DNA of 64,000 nt, taken from the IMG/VR virus record IMGVR_UViG_3300002026_002465, positions 32,001 to 96,000 of that record; one strand, written 5' to 3'. A program made the position numbers and the translations under genes. A model generated the notes under the pieces. That model saw only the letters and a list, made by a program, of their open reading frames with translations. It was not told the origin of the DNA and made no database searches. Shown in pieces: positions 44,573 through 54,245 of the stretch; positions within the stretch are counted from its first letter, which is position 1, and every line of letters begins with the position of its first letter. Source of the DNA: a virus.

Positions 44573-45486
44573 TGTCAGCTGAAGTTTTTTCGGCGGTTGT
44601 TTTAGAGAATAAAAGTTTTCTCGATAATGGAATGATTCTTGTTCAACTATCTGAATTGAAGACACCTCTTTATGCAGAAATAATGACTCCAATTGGTGGA
44701 TTAGAAAACATGGCAATGCAATGGGTCCCTCCAGTTGGTGCTCATGGTTATTTATTATATAAAGGTGGAGATGAAAGAAAACCTGTATGGATTGGTTCTA
44801 AACTCCTTCCATGGGATAAAGCAAATGCAACTACAATGGCAGATGCTGAAATTGTGCAAGGAGTTGTTGAAGCTGATGATGGTGTGAGTGATTTTATTAT
44901 TAAAACCCAAAATACAACTTTTGAAGATCAAGATACAAGATCAAAAGATAATAAAATAGAAAACATATTAAAAATGAGTAAAGGAGAATTTACTCTTGCT
45001 AAAGTAAAGCAAGGTGATAAGTATGAATATAAAACTGAAACATATGATATTAAAACTGAACCTAATTATCAAATAATTACAATGACAGATGACAAGATAA
45101 ATATAAGATTTAATTCATCATCTAAAGATACTGATAAAGCAGAAATAATTATGACAGAAGGTGAAACAAAATTATTAACATCATATAATAATAAAACAGC
45201 AACTATAACAATGAGTGAGGGAGGAGTATTAATAGATTCTTCAGAAACATCAACAATACAAATAGATAAAGATGGTAATATAAACATTACTGGAAAGAAG
45301 ATGGTTGTAAGTGCAGATAAAATTGAATTAGGTGGAAATGGAAGTAAGGGTGTATTGTTTGAACCATTGAGAGATTTCATAAATCAATCATATATGAAAC
45401 ACACTCATGCAACACCATCAGGTCCTTCAGGCCCTCCACCTCATGCAAGAATAAAAATTGATTCAAAAAAGGTGAAACTAGATTGA
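44572..45486 (+). CDS. Central baseplate spike (gp5/gpV-like)
   Basis: OB-fold N-terminus (WVPPVG..PVWIG), beta-helix strands, terminal HTH metal-binding motif. Confidence 0.85.
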   Translation: MSAEVFSAVVLENKSFLDNGMILVQLSELKTPLYAEIMTPIGGLENMAMQWVPPVGAHGYLLYKGGDERKPVWIGSKLLPWDKANATTMADAEIVQGVVEADDGVSDFIIKTQNTTFEDQDTRSKDNKIENILKMSKGEFTLAKVKQGDKYEYKTETYDIKTEPNYQIITMTDDKINIRFNSSSKDTDKAEIIMTEGETKLLTSYNNKTATITMSEGGVLIDSSETSTIQIDKDGNINITGKKMVVSADKIELGGNGSKGVLFEPLRDFINQSYMKHTHATPSGPSGPPPHARIKIDSKKVKLD

Positions 45487-45515
45487 AAACATATAGAGCA
45501 TTAGGTGGTTATTCA

Positions 45516-45743
45516 ATGGAAACAACATTCATCAAATTTAATTATGGTTAAAATATTACTGTGTTTTTAATTGAAAAAGATTATGATGAAAGCTACGCTA
45601 TAAGATTAGTAAAATATAATATTGGATTTTTAAGTATTATAAATAATACAGAAAAATTTGCTTTAATTGATAGTGAGATGTTTTTAAATTTACTTACTAT
45701 TGATAATAAAGAATTGATGATTAAAGAGGTTTTTGGTATATGA
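45516..45743 (+). pseudogene. IF-motif orphan interrupted by in-frame TAA at 45549 (ORF track 45561)
   Basis: SD AGGTGG + ATG 45516 in frame with 45561 ORF; ends KELMIKEVFGI. Confidence 0.45.
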
Positions 45744-45958
45744 TAATATATGAAATAACAAAAAGTGCAACTGTTTTTATGTTTGATAATACAGATTATA
45801 TTGTTAATATAGTTGATAATAAAGCTATTTTCTTTAAAAACCGCCAAGATCTTAATAATAACATAAAAAGATCATATCAAATATTAGATACACAAGAGTT
45901 TATATCAAAGCTTTCAATAGAAACAAGACAAGAAATAATTACAAAGATTTTTAAATAA
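45740..45958 (+). CDS. Small orphan, C-terminal IF-motif family
   Basis: ...RQEIITKIFK*. Confidence 0.6.
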   Translation: MIIYEITKSATVFMFDNTDYIVNIVDNKAIFFKNRQDLNNNIKRSYQILDTQEFISKLSIETRQEIITKIFK

Positions 45959-45966
45959 GGAGTATA

Positions 45967-46944
45967 ATGCCTGTAATCCCACAACTTAGCCAAATAATAA
46001 AAATTGGAAAAACTGCATCAGGTGGATTACCAGCTGAAGTTTCTGCATCTATTGACGCTTTTTCACAAGCACAAGTAGCAGGACCTTCATTACAACCTGT
46101 TCCTCTTCCTTGTTCTGTAATACCTGTAATACCTTTTGGAATTGCATTATCTATTATAATGACAAAAATAGAAGCTCTCATGTTTAAGAGTTTTGAAGAT
46201 TTATCATCATTAACAAAACAATTATTAGAAAAATATCAGGCTGATAAAACAAAGGCAGAAACACAAAGAGGAATTGCTGAAACAAAATTATTTAATGATT
46301 TAATTAAAAAACAAGAAATAATTAAAGAACAAGTTATAGAACTCCAAACTCAAATAGATGATATTAATAAGCAACTACCTGAATTACAAGCAAAGCAAGA
46401 TTCTGAAATGGTGGCTTATCAAGCTGTTATTTTTGAAATAAAAAATAGAGCTAAAAATTATGAAGAATCTGGTGATATTAAAAAAAGAGATGAAGTATTA
46501 GAAGAGATTAAAAAACATGATAATTGGCTTGCAGAAATAATAAAAATATCAGTTCAAATAATAACATTAAAACTACAACTTCCTTCTTTAAAATCTGAAT
46601 TAGAAGAAAAGAATATTCTTGCAAAGATGTCTTTGCAAAAAAAATGGGATGATAATATAAATCAGGCAGACTTATTTGAAGTTGCAGCTCCTCCTTATCC
46701 AGATATTCCATCTCCACCTAATTTGCCAGTAGCCCCACCAATTCCTAAAGAGAGTGAGTTTGTAAAGGCTATGAGGAAGGCTTATGCAAAATGGCAAGTA
46801 ACTCCAACAATACTCCCAACTGGAATTCCATTAGCAGCATTATTATTGTATATACAAGCACAAGCTCCAGTTCCTCCTCCTCTTGCTGCTCAATTAGAAT
46901 CAAATGCTGATGCAAGTATTTTATCAGGAGCAGGTTTAATTTAA
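45967..46944 (+). CDS. Probable structural protein (Pro-rich ends, coiled-coil centre)
   Basis: SD AAGGAG; in tail module. Confidence 0.65.
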   Translation: MPVIPQLSQIIKIGKTASGGLPAEVSASIDAFSQAQVAGPSLQPVPLPCSVIPVIPFGIALSIIMTKIEALMFKSFEDLSSLTKQLLEKYQADKTKAETQRGIAETKLFNDLIKKQEIIKEQVIELQTQIDDINKQLPELQAKQDSEMVAYQAVIFEIKNRAKNYEESGDIKKRDEVLEEIKKHDNWLAEIIKISVQIITLKLQLPSLKSELEEKNILAKMSLQKKWDDNINQADLFEVAAPPYPDIPSPPNLPVAPPIPKESEFVKAMRKAYAKWQVTPTILPTGIPLAALLLYIQAQAPVPPPLAAQLESNADASILSGAGLI

Positions 46945-46975
46945 CGCTTCTCTTTATATAAGATAAAGATATAAT

Positions 46976-47227
46976 ATGAAAATCTACAGAAAAACAGAAG
47001 ATGATGTTGTCCAAGTTGGAGATGATGAATTTGATTTACAAGATCAATATGTTATTACTATAATCGGAAAAATACAATTTACTTATTCAATGGCAGGATA
47101 TGGATGGAAAGTAGTAATATTACAACAACCAATAGATATGAGAAACTATTCAGAGATTTCAATTAATGAGATTGATGAACCTGAATATCAAGAAATGATA
47201 AAACAGATATTCAAGGAATGGAGTTAA
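46976..47227 (+). CDS. Small orphan, C-terminal IF-motif family
   Basis: ...YQEMIKQIFKEWS; double AAGATA at 46960/46966. Confidence 0.6.
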   Translation: MKIYRKTEDDVVQVGDDEFDLQDQYVITIIGKIQFTYSMAGYGWKVVILQQPIDMRNYSEISINEIDEPEYQEMIKQIFKEWS

Positions 47228-47230
47228 TAT

Positions 47231-50200
47231 ATGGCAGTTAGTATAGATGATAAAAAAAGAAAAATCAAAGAAACAAGATCTCGTGCTATACAACAAAAAA
47301 TAAATTTATTATGGGCTAGAGATGGAAATGAACATCCATTAATTGAATCATCAGCAGAAGATGATGATTTTAATTTAAATCAATTGTTTGGAGGGTCTAA
47401 ATCAGCTATTATAGACTGGACACAATTAGGTGTAGAAGGATTAATAAGATGTTATTATGAAATAATATATAATATAAATGGTAAGAAAAGAAATAATATA
47501 ATAACTAATAACGGAGAAACTCCAAATGGAGGTGCTTTCACTCCTAAATATAATAGATCAGACTTAACAACAACTGCTAGGCAAATTTTAGTTGGAACAG
47601 CATATAAATCAGGATACTTTGTTGGAAATGAAGATGGTTTTGAAGGCAGATCAAGATCTTCAGATACTATTAATGCCGCGGCGGCCAAAGGAACATATGA
47701 TCTTAATTCAACAACATTTTCAACAAATATAGATCAAGAAGTTCCAGAAAATGATTCTGGTAAATTAATAGATCAATTTAATAGTGCTATTAGTTTAATA
47801 GGAATTAATTCTCCATTAGGACCTCACATATCATCAACAACTCCAACAACTGAAACTCCAAACCCGCCCGCTCCACAAGCAAATAATTATATTTATAATA
47901 CAATATTAGGTAAAAGATTTTGTGATGTTTATCCAAGTAATATAAATTATGGATATGGTGAAGGTTCATCAACAACATATACTTTTGGAAATGGAGTATA
48001 TGATACAAATAATATATCTTTAAGAGATTATTATAATCCAGGTTTAGACAGTAATCTAACAACAATAGTTAATTTATTAAATCTTATAAGACAATATATT
48101 GTTTATAGTAAAGTAAGTTATGATAATTTTTTTATGAACACAACTATTATACCAGGAAGAGATAATAATTGGGCATTGCAAGGTGGATGGCTTTCAACAA
48201 TTGACACAGTATTATCACAAATAAATCATTTTATAAGTTTAAAACCAATGGCAACAAGATTAGAATTAGACCAATTAATTATTGATCTTAAGACTAATCT
48301 TTTATCAGCTATATCTCCAATTAATGCTATAGTTCCTGCAGTTGATGCTTTGTTTGGAACACCATTAAGCCCTAATACATTATATGGTTTTAGACTTTTG
48401 TGGATTAAAAATCTTATTGATGTTCAAAATGGAGGGTCTAAAATAACTCTTCTTTCTGTAGCAGGATCTATAGAAGATGCTGATAAAAAAATATCACAAG
48501 CAGAAGAGGGTTATGGAATTATAGGTGTTCAATTAAAAAATGAACCATCATTTTCTTCACAAAGATATTGGGATGGAGGAATAGTAGATCCAATAATTGG
48601 TGGAATCGAAACACATCTTGCTTTAGATACTAGACAGTTTTTAGATACAGCACAAACTATAGAAAATGAAAATTATTTTCAAATGGTGCCTGATGGTTTA
48701 ATAATTGCATGGCAACAAACGGCTCATGCTACTGCCTATAATTTATATAAATCAAATAATTATGATCCTACAACAGAGCAAGGAACATGGACTGCTTTAA
48801 TTCCTACTGGACAAACATATACAAATGAAAATATAGATTTAAATACTGGAAAAGTTTTATCTTATTTTATAGATTACAATGTTAGTTTTGAAGCAGAAGA
48901 AAGCCCTTACTATAAAGTTAAAGTAATTGATACTGGTAAAATGTCTGCTAATAATTATTGGTGGTATGGATCAACATCTGGATTCTCCAAACCAATGTCA
49001 GCATCAGACTTTTTATCATCTCCATCAAGTGGAACAAATGTTCCTGGAATGTCAGGTTCTCCATCAACAAGACCTGATGAGTTGCCAGATTATTTATTTA
49101 AATATGCTACAATGAAAATGGGTGGAGAGGCTGCAGATTCACCTGTAAATAAAATATATAAATCAGATGTTGAGTTTGATTCAATAGGTTCTAATTTAGA
49201 AGTATTCATTGATGGTGAATTAAGAAATCAAGGTAGTGGAAATAATGACTATAGATTATTAAATCTTGTTGATATAGAGTTTAAAACACCAATAGATTCT
49301 AATTCTAAAGTTACAATGATTGTTTATTATGGTTCATCTTCAGGATCAGGTTCTGGTTCTTGGAAGGCACCTGTTGCAACATTAGATCAAAGACCAACAA
49401 TTGGAAATGTTAATGGAGATATAATACTTGTTATTGAAAATAATACAATTTATTCTTGGAGTGGAACTGAAAATAATTGGTTTAAAGTTTCAAGTGCTGG
49501 AAGTGATTTAGTTCATACAGATTTATTAGACATGCCAGATTCTAGTGGTATGAACTCTGACCATGATCAACGCTATCCAAGGAGAGATGAAGTAGATAGT
49601 TTAATAAGTGATTTACAATATAAATTAAATAATTTATCATATCTTATTCCTGATAATGCTATCCCTTTAACATCTCATCTTGAAATTACAAATACAGATT
49701 ATTATACTGGATATTTATCAAGTGGAACTAATGCATTTAATACTCTTCAAGCAAATCAATTATTTAATAAAATTGTTATTGGTGATTTATTTATTATAGA
49801 ATCTACAAACAAAGATGCTGAATTTGCGGATGCTGATAAAGGTGTATTATCCATTTATTTAAATGATGTATTAATTGATTCTATAAACTTAGAAACAAAT
49901 TTTATAGAAGATGATAGAGGTCTTGTACAATCATGGACCCCATTCTCTTCATCAATTATTGAAATAACATCAATATATCCATTTAATAATTTTGGTCAAT
50001 ATCAAAAATGTAATTTTAAATTAAATATACCTAAAACAAGATTAACACCAGGAGAAAATAAAATTGTATTAAAACATGAGAGCTCATTATTCTCAAGAAA
50101 AACACCAGATTTTATATTTTTCTGGGATTCTTCTCCATCTACAATTTTCTTTTCTGACTATACATTAACAGAAAAATTATTAACATCTCAAAAATATTTG

Positions 50201-51106
50201 TCTGGTTTAAGATATTATTATTTAGGTGATAAATTAGAAATAAAATTTAGAGCACAAGGATTATTTGATAATACTTATGTAAATGGAGATCAAGTAAAAA
50301 CTGATATGACTGAATTAGGTATTCAATTATTTGATTTTGATTATACGGATTCTCATACAACTGTAGATGGACAAAATAATCCATCATTAATGTCTACAAT
50401 GCCAATGTGGTATACAAATACAATATCACTTAATCAAGCAGGTATATATTCAACATCTCCAACAATAAAACTTATTGGTAAAAAACCATACATAACATCT
50501 GATGTATTTACTAAAACATTCAATAATGTACTTATTAATACGTGGGCAAAACAATCAGATGATAAAAATGAATATTTTGTTGATGAAAAATACCGTCTCC
50601 CTTATGATACCTTTAATTCTATTCCTGGTTCTTTTGTTGATAGATGGGATAGTAGAAAATTATTGACACCAGGCAATCTTATGTTATATGGTGGCAAGTT
50701 ATATTATCCTGCATATAGTTTTGTTGTTGGATTTAAACCTGCTCAAACAGCAAATTACGGAGCTTTTACTGGAAACTGTGAATATTATAGAGCATTTATT
50801 GATGCATCTTCTCCACATAATAATGGAGTTTTTAATATTAAAGGCAACATATTTGATGATAGTCGCGTAAAGATAATGATGAAACTTCCTGGACAAACAA
50901 ATTGGCTTGATTTGAAAGTTGCTTATAATGAGGCAACTTTCAGTGGGAGTGAGGGTGATGGATGTTTATTAGAATATAGTGAAAATAACTTTAGTTGGAC
51001 AAGTGGAGGATTCAGCACCGCTATCTCGGGGTATATGATAATCTTACGAGTTATAATGGTAGATGCTGGAGCTGCACCAATTGAAGAAATTTCAATAAAA
51101 TGGTAA
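47231..51106 (+). CDS. Large virion structural protein (baseplate/fibre-like)
   Basis: 1291 aa; VFIDG domain, WKAPVAT..GNVNGD fibre repeat, C-terminal half paralogous to next gene. Confidence 0.7.
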   Translation: MAVSIDDKKRKIKETRSRAIQQKINLLWARDGNEHPLIESSAEDDDFNLNQLFGGSKSAIIDWTQLGVEGLIRCYYEIIYNINGKKRNNIITNNGETPNGGAFTPKYNRSDLTTTARQILVGTAYKSGYFVGNEDGFEGRSRSSDTINAAAAKGTYDLNSTTFSTNIDQEVPENDSGKLIDQFNSAISLIGINSPLGPHISSTTPTTETPNPPAPQANNYIYNTILGKRFCDVYPSNINYGYGEGSSTTYTFGNGVYDTNNISLRDYYNPGLDSNLTTIVNLLNLIRQYIVYSKVSYDNFFMNTTIIPGRDNNWALQGGWLSTIDTVLSQINHFISLKPMATRLELDQLIIDLKTNLLSAISPINAIVPAVDALFGTPLSPNTLYGFRLLWIKNLIDVQNGGSKITLLSVAGSIEDADKKISQAEEGYGIIGVQLKNEPSFSSQRYWDGGIVDPIIGGIETHLALDTRQFLDTAQTIENENYFQMVPDGLIIAWQQTAHATAYNLYKSNNYDPTTEQGTWTALIPTGQTYTNENIDLNTGKVLSYFIDYNVSFEAEESPYYKVKVIDTGKMSANNYWWYGSTSGFSKPMSASDFLSSPSSGTNVPGMSGSPSTRPDELPDYLFKYATMKMGGEAADSPVNKIYKSDVEFDSIGSNLEVFIDGELRNQGSGNNDYRLLNLVDIEFKTPIDSNSKVTMIVYYGSSSGSGSGSWKAPVATLDQRPTIGNVNGDIILVIENNTIYSWSGTENNWFKVSSAGSDLVHTDLLDMPDSSGMNSDHDQRYPRRDEVDSLISDLQYKLNNLSYLIPDNAIPLTSHLEITNTDYYTGYLSSGTNAFNTLQANQLFNKIVIGDLFIIESTNKDAEFADADKGVLSIYLNDVLIDSINLETNFIEDDRGLVQSWTPFSSSIIEITSIYPFNNFGQYQKCNFKLNIPKTRLTPGENKIVLKHESSLFSRKTPDFIFFWDSSPSTIFFSDYTLTEKLLTSQKYLSGLRYYYLGDKLEIKFRAQGLFDNTYVNGDQVKTDMTELGIQLFDFDYTDSHTTVDGQNNPSLMSTMPMWYTNTISLNQAGIYSTSPTIKLIGKKPYITSDVFTKTFNNVLINTWAKQSDDKNEYFVDEKYRLPYDTFNSIPGSFVDRWDSRKLLTPGNLMLYGGKLYYPAYSFVVGFKPAQTANYGAFTGNCEYYRAFIDASSPHNNGVFNIKGNIFDDSRVKIMMKLPGQTNWLDLKVAYNEATFSGSEGDGCLLEYSENNFSWTSGGFSTAISGYMIILRVIMVDAGAAPIEEISIKW

Positions 51107-51137
51107 TACATATAAAATTTTTATAGGAGGAAATTAA

Positions 51138-54100
51138 ATGGCGCTTACTCAAATTCGTGGCGAACAAATTCGTGACGGTATAGTCTACAATAGACATATC
51201 GCTGCTGATGCTGCTGTAGCTTATTCAAAGTTAGATCTTGCAGGAAGAATAGTTGCAACAGATCTTAATACAGATGGCTCAGTTGCACAAAATGTACTTA
51301 GTTCCAAACTCATTACTTTATGGGATATGGTTCAAGGTGTAACAACTGGAACGGGTTCTTCTGTTGTTGTAACATCTTTGGTAGAAGCCTCTGCTGCAAA
51401 TGACAGTGTTCAAAAAACAGTCGCAGCAAAAGGTATTTTAACAACTGGATCTGGCACAAATGGTGCTGGTGTTCAAAATTACAAAGTACAAATTAGAAAT
51501 TCATCTTCTGGTGAACCAATTGCTGATGGAACTGGTGCTGGTGATAATGAAACTGCAGCTAATGGTGCTACTGTTTATGGTGAATTAAGACATGATGGAA
51601 CTGCTTGGACTCTTTACTTTTTTAAATCTGATAACACTGCATACTCATTTGCATCCAGTGCTCAAATAGACTTCCTTTTCTTGGAAATCTATTCTCTATT
51701 AGATGCTCCAGCAAAGGGATTTATTGCAGGAATGGGATTTGCTGACGTTGTTGGTATTTCTGGTTCACACAATCATAATGATCTTTATTACACACAAACT
51801 GAATTAAACGGTGGACAATTAGATACTCGTTATTTCACTGAAACAGAATTAACAGGTGGTTCTCTTGATGGTAGATACTACACAGAAACAGAATTAAACC
51901 CTGCAGCTGCTTTAGCAGCCAATGTTTTAGATGCTCGTTATTATACTGAAAGTGAATTAGGATCAGTAGCATCTGGTTCTTCTGGTGCTGATAAAATTGG
52001 TATAACTGCTGGTGGTGGTCTTGCTGCAGGAACTGTACAAGGTGCTCTTGCAGAATTACAAGGCGATATCAATGATATTATTGGTGGAGCTGTTGATATT
52101 AAATTCTCAATGGATGATACATATAATGATGGTTCAGTAGTTACAGTTGATAATACAAATGTTGATTTTAAAGTTACTGATACAAAATCATTCCAAGTAT
52201 CTGATTCTGCTGGAGTTGAAATTGTAAAAGTTGATGCTCTTCTTGCTGGTGATAAAGTTAAAGTAAACGCTGACACAACTATTGTTGGTGACTTATTACA
52301 ATCAGGTGGGGCAGTTACTCTTAACGCTGGAACAGAAGCTGTAAATGTTGATGGTGGAGCAGTTACTGTTGATGGTTCATCAGTTGCTCTAGCATCTACT
52401 GGAGCCTTAACTCTTAAAGACTCTTTCTTGACAGCTGGCATTCCAATCTCACAAACTGATAATGCTGCATTAGTTGGTTATACAGCCACTTCAATCGTTG
52501 GTGCTTTAAATGAAGCCAAAGCTGCTGCCTCTACTGCTTTAGGTATTGGTGCTGCTGAAGATGCTTCTTACACTGATGGGTTATTCGTTGATTTTGTCCC
52601 TGCAACTCCAGTTGGAACAGCAGTTGACCGCTTCAATGAAGTATTAAAATCTCTCGCCCCTCAACCAGCTCCTGTTCTTGGAAATATTGGAACAGATGTA
52701 GATGGTGTTACTGGCAGGCTTTCTTTTGGAGCAAGTAATACAATCGCTGGATACACAAATCATCCAACATTAGATATTGGTGGATTATATACAAAGGCCG
52801 GTGATACAATGGGAATATTCCCAAAATCTGGAACAATCACTGGATTATTAGCAAACAGCACCCCAGTTGGCGGAGCTAATGACAGACCTTATCCTGCTAA
52901 AGCCTTTGGAAATGGAGAATTAGGAACACTTAAATTAGTTGTTAATGGAGTAGAAGTTCATTCAACTGATCTTACAACATTTGCAAGTGGAAATAGTGTT
53001 AATGCAAATGGAAGTGGATTCTCACTTTCTGCTGCAGCTGCAGTAAAATTCGATAATGGAAACAGCTTTGAAGTATTCAAATACAGAACAGGTTCTTACA
53101 TTGTTGGTGTTGCTGATTTCAGAAATGGATATAATACAGTTCAAGTTATTCATACAACAACTGGTGATAGCAGTACAAATACTGTTAACTTTGTTATTGA
53201 TGATAGCACAACAGCAACTTCTTATTCAGCTGAAACTCTTTCATCAACTGCAATGACTGGTTCTAATGTAATTTCTGGTGTTACATATAACACAGCAGGA
53301 ACAGTAAGCTATGCAGTAACTGCTTCTAATGTTTACAAGAATACTTATAATTCTGGAGCAACAGCTGTAAATTATACAGGTGTAAATGCTTCTATTACAG
53401 ATGAAATAATTACAATTCCTTCAGATGAAGCTAATTCTCTTGTTCTTTCAAAGAGTGCAACTATATCAACTGGAAGTAGATTACTTAATGGCAATGTAAC
53501 AATGAATGTAAATGTTGCAAGAACATTACAAACAACAAGTACTTCATCTGGTGCAACTCTTGGTGGTATTTTATTAGATGCAACAGTTGACAACTCAACT
53601 GCAACTTTAGAATCATTTAATGGTGAAAAGTTTAGAATGAACAATACAGTTTCTACAACTGTAACTGCTGGATATTCTGACACTGGTTCTTCTCCTAACG
53701 AATGGAGTTCAAATCAATCACTCGTTGGAGCAGATGCTGCACACAATGATGGACTCTTGGTTTATAATGGACAACTTGTTTATCCAACATCTGGTCTTAA
53801 TGGTGGCGTGTTTACAACTTCAAATGGTCCTGCTAACCCTGATTATTCAGGCGCAACTGGACTTAGAACATATTACAGATATTTCTACACATCTTCTGCA
53901 AAGAGTAATTTCAGACTTGCAATGACATCTGCTTCTACAGCATTTGTTCCTGTTGCAACTGGAGCTAGTGGAAATAATCTTACTATGCAAGTTCTCGCCC
54001 CTAATACAACTGGTGGATGGAAAGATGGTGCAGTTTCTTATACTGACGATGCTGCTGTTGGTTGTTATGCTGCTACATATGGCGGTTCAATTCCTTCAAA

Positions 54101-54221
54101 TTGGGGAATGACATTAGGAACCAAAAACACATCAACAAGCGGCAATGTTATTGTCATTAAAATTACAGCAGCCGCTGCATGGACTGGAAACATAAGTGAC
54201 ATAACAATTACTTGGTTATAA
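51138..54221 (+). CDS. Large fibre-like structural protein
   Basis: Four (D/L)xRYYTETEL repeats, TSIVGALNE motif, Thr/Gly/Ala-rich. Confidence 0.75.
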   Translation: MALTQIRGEQIRDGIVYNRHIAADAAVAYSKLDLAGRIVATDLNTDGSVAQNVLSSKLITLWDMVQGVTTGTGSSVVVTSLVEASAANDSVQKTVAAKGILTTGSGTNGAGVQNYKVQIRNSSSGEPIADGTGAGDNETAANGATVYGELRHDGTAWTLYFFKSDNTAYSFASSAQIDFLFLEIYSLLDAPAKGFIAGMGFADVVGISGSHNHNDLYYTQTELNGGQLDTRYFTETELTGGSLDGRYYTETELNPAAALAANVLDARYYTESELGSVASGSSGADKIGITAGGGLAAGTVQGALAELQGDINDIIGGAVDIKFSMDDTYNDGSVVTVDNTNVDFKVTDTKSFQVSDSAGVEIVKVDALLAGDKVKVNADTTIVGDLLQSGGAVTLNAGTEAVNVDGGAVTVDGSSVALASTGALTLKDSFLTAGIPISQTDNAALVGYTATSIVGALNEAKAAASTALGIGAAEDASYTDGLFVDFVPATPVGTAVDRFNEVLKSLAPQPAPVLGNIGTDVDGVTGRLSFGASNTIAGYTNHPTLDIGGLYTKAGDTMGIFPKSGTITGLLANSTPVGGANDRPYPAKAFGNGELGTLKLVVNGVEVHSTDLTTFASGNSVNANGSGFSLSAAAAVKFDNGNSFEVFKYRTGSYIVGVADFRNGYNTVQVIHTTTGDSSTNTVNFVIDDSTTATSYSAETLSSTAMTGSNVISGVTYNTAGTVSYAVTASNVYKNTYNSGATAVNYTGVNASITDEIITIPSDEANSLVLSKSATISTGSRLLNGNVTMNVNVARTLQTTSTSSGATLGGILLDATVDNSTATLESFNGEKFRMNNTVSTTVTAGYSDTGSSPNEWSSNQSLVGADAAHNDGLLVYNGQLVYPTSGLNGGVFTTSNGPANPDYSGATGLRTYYRYFYTSSAKSNFRLAMTSASTAFVPVATGASGNNLTMQVLAPNTTGGWKDGAVSYTDDAAVGCYAATYGGSIPSNWGMTLGTKNTSTSGNVIVIKITAAAAWTGNISDITITWL

Positions 54222-54245
54222 AAAAATAAAAAATGGAGGAATATA

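Noticed and set aside
33270-45486. Bacterial eCIS/T6SS locus
   Set aside because: Context (tRNAs, gp2-like, tape measure, phage nucleases, jumbo-phage accessory genes) indicates a phage tail module
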